Below, one piece after another: positions 62,038-64,000 of a DNA stretch of 64,000 nt; position 1 is the first letter of the stretch; every line of letters starts with the position of its first letter. The DNA lies in contig JAHPZH010000009.1 in assembly GCA_019058315.1 (NCBI GenBank), forward strand, positions 96,001 through 160,000, read 5' to 3'. Under the pieces are notes generated by a model. The model ran no database searches. It worked only from the letters and a program-made list of their open reading frames with translations, and was not told where the DNA came from. Both the position numbers and the translations under genes were made by a program. Origin of the DNA: Candidatus Helarchaeota archaeon. Its GTDB lineage: Archaea; Asgardarchaeota; Lokiarchaeia; Helarchaeales; RDOG01.

Positions 62038-62307
62038 TTAGCATTGAAGGTCGAAAGTAATATTTGAAATCGGAATGACGAATATGTACCCTTTTCTGAT
62101 GACAACTGTGTGATAATATTCTGCTAGACCTAAAAACCCCTTTATAACACTCTCATCGCCTTCATATTTAAATACTACACTCACAGATCCCTTTTTAATC
62201 TCTGCTTTTTCATAGACTCTCTCGTCAATTAGCGGAATTTTCATCTCATTTACTATTTCATACACTTTTTTTACAAAATCTTCTTTGTCAATTTTCTCTT
62301 TTGGCAT
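62038..62307 (-). CDS. Hypothetical protein
   Basis: ATG with GAGG RBS, isolated in AT-rich flanks. Confidence 0.6.
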   Translation of the reverse strand: MPKEKIDKEDFVKKVYEIVNEMKIPLIDERVYEKAEIKKGSVSVVFKYEGDESVIKGFLGLAEYYHTVVIRKGYIFVIPISNITFDLQC

Positions 62308-62613
62308 TTTCGTATCCTCAAGAATTGTATTATTATTAATTTACAATAGATGTATTTTAATTAAACGAGTTAATATTAAGGTTTTACTTAACAATTTGAA
62401 ATTCTTATTTTTTAAGATTATTTCAAAAAAATAAATTTATTTTAATTAAACATTATTTTTCTGAAATTGAGAGTTGAATGACAGTTTTTAATATTTTGAA
62501 ATTTTAATTAAGCCGTTCTATTATGCTTTATTTGATAAATAGTGTATTAGGACAAAAGTGCTTATGAATTGAACAAATAATAAGTAAAAATTACATTTAA
62601 ACATACAACGAAA

Positions 62614-63765
62614 TTACTGAATTAATTCATATACCGTAGATCTTTGGACGGGAACTCTACCGATATCTAAAATTATTTTTTTAATTCTATCAGGACTTAT
62701 ATATTCCCCATATGTTGCACCTGCACTTTTTGAGATATTTTCTTCCATTAATGTTCCCCCAAAGTCGTTTGCACCTATAATCAAGGCATATTGGGCAAAC
62801 TTCTCCCCCAATTTTACCCAAGAGACTTGGATATTATCAAAATTATGTAAAAATAAACGACTCACTGCATACATTCTCACATCTTCTATTCCAGTAGCTT
62901 CACTAAAATTAATATTATTTAATGCCATTATGTTTTGAAAAAGCGTTGTATTCCAGGGAATAAACGTAAGGGGAACAAATTCTGTAAATCCAGATGTTTC
63001 ATTTTGAATTTGCCTAAGTATTTCTAAATGTTTTACTCGTTGCTCTAGAGTTTCTATATGACCATATAAAATAGTACATGTTGTTGGGATTTTCAATTGA
63101 TGTGCAGTTTTTATAATTTCAATCCAAGTATTAACATCAACTTTATTGGGACAAATTATCTTTCTAATTTCATTATCAAGAATTTCGCTCGCTGTTCCTG
63201 GGATGCTATCCAATCCAGCATCTCTTAAGAGACATAAGGTATCTTTTATAGATAAGCCGATTTTCGTGCCGCCATCGTAAATCTCTTGCGGTGAAAATCC
63301 ATGAATATGAATCTCTGGAAGTTCTTTTTTAATACTTTTAATTATTTTTTCATAATAGTATGCATCCACAGACGGATTAATACCCCCTTGAATACAAAGT
63401 TCTGTCGCTCCCATTTTCCAAGCTTCTTTGGCCCTCTTTAAAATTTCGTTTATAGTCAAATTATAAGCTTCTGGATCCTCCTTATTCTTAGAAAAAGCAC
63501 AAAATTTACATTTCTTAATACATATATTCGTAAAATTAATGTTCCTATTTATTACATATGTAACAATATCGCCTACTTTAGTCTTTCTAATATAATCTGC
63601 TGTTAAAGTTAAAGCACTCAATTCTAAATTTCTAACATTCATTAATTGTATGGCATCTTCCCGCGAAAGTTCTTTGTTTGATAGACTCTTCTCTAGAATT
63701 TCTGCTATCCGGGGGTCTAAGCCTGATAGCAATTGTTCAATTTTTTTTAATTGAATCTGTGTCAA
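62614..63765 (-). CDS. cofH: FO synthase subunit CofH (radical SAM)
   Basis: NRNINFTNICIKKCKFCAF, PGTASEIL, NIQVSWVKLG, GANDFGGTLMEENIS. Confidence 0.93.
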   Translation of the reverse strand: MTQIQLKKIEQLLSGLDPRIAEILEKSLSNKELSREDAIQLMNVRNLELSALTLTADYIRKTKVGDIVTYVINRNINFTNICIKKCKFCAFSKNKEDPEAYNLTINEILKRAKEAWKMGATELCIQGGINPSVDAYYYEKIIKSIKKELPEIHIHGFSPQEIYDGGTKIGLSIKDTLCLLRDAGLDSIPGTASEILDNEIRKIICPNKVDVNTWIEIIKTAHQLKIPTTCTILYGHIETLEQRVKHLEILRQIQNETSGFTEFVPLTFIPWNTTLFQNIMALNNINFSEATGIEDVRMYAVSRLFLHNFDNIQVSWVKLGEKFAQYALIIGANDFGGTLMEENISKSAGATYGEYISPDRIKKIILDIGRVPVQRSTVYELIQ

Positions 63766-63778
63766 AGTGAATCATTTT

Positions 63779-64000
63779 TTATTCTTTTAAGTAACCTTCT
63801 TCATCAACAACAGATAAAATCTTTTCTTTAAGAAATTTTGGCAGAAATTTATCATTTATAAAAGATGGATAAATTGGTAATCTTTCTTTTAATTTAAAAT
63901 AAAAATTTTCTGTAATCCGACTGAGTTCGGATATTTTTGGCCAACTCATCTCAGGATTAATAAAATCGTGAGTAACTGGAGAAATTCCACCCCAATCATT
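63779..64000 (-). CDS. cofG: FO synthase subunit CofG, C-terminal part (5'-partial)
   Basis: Own translation: NDWGGISPVTHDFINPEMSWP...LKERLPIYP...; directly upstream of cofH. Confidence 0.88.
   Translation of the reverse strand, partial: NDWGGISPVTHDFINPEMSWPKISELSRITENFYFKLKERLPIYPSFINDKFLPKFLKEKILSVVDEEGYLKE

Overview
AT-rich archaeal chromosome segment, very probably from an Asgard archaeon. This rests on the clustered ubiquitin (E1, E2, RING, Ubl) and ESCRT (UEV-Vps23, Vps25, Vps4, three ESCRT-III) genes, roadblock, Elf1, PolD and F420 genes; a Helarchaeales/Lokiarchaeia-type lineage is an inference. Most of the window is informational housekeeping: ribosomal proteins, EF-1a, exosome/proteasome cluster, RNA polymerase A subunits and tRNA modification enzymes. 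The main discovery is that two conserved protein-coding genes that look broken in the ORF track (exosome subunit Rrp41 and a histone-deacetylase-family enzyme) are each interrupted by a 32-nt AT-rich hairpin insert. Each insert folds with its flanking exons into a complete bulge-helix-bulge (BHB) motif, and cutting at the canonical splicing-endonuclease positions restores the frame and the conserved motif in both genes. The three tRNA genes in the window carry five similar micro-introns, three at non-canonical positions. Together this points to tRNA-type (endonuclease/ligase) mRNA splicing in an Asgard archaeon. Other notable items: a synonymously recoded tandem copy of the rps10 3' end, a candidate C/D box sRNA for 23S Gm2251, an Rbx1-like RING in a NEDD8-like cascade, and a shifted RpoA1/A2 split with two extra zinc-ribbon repeats. 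All family calls come from motif recognition by eye; no database searches were run.
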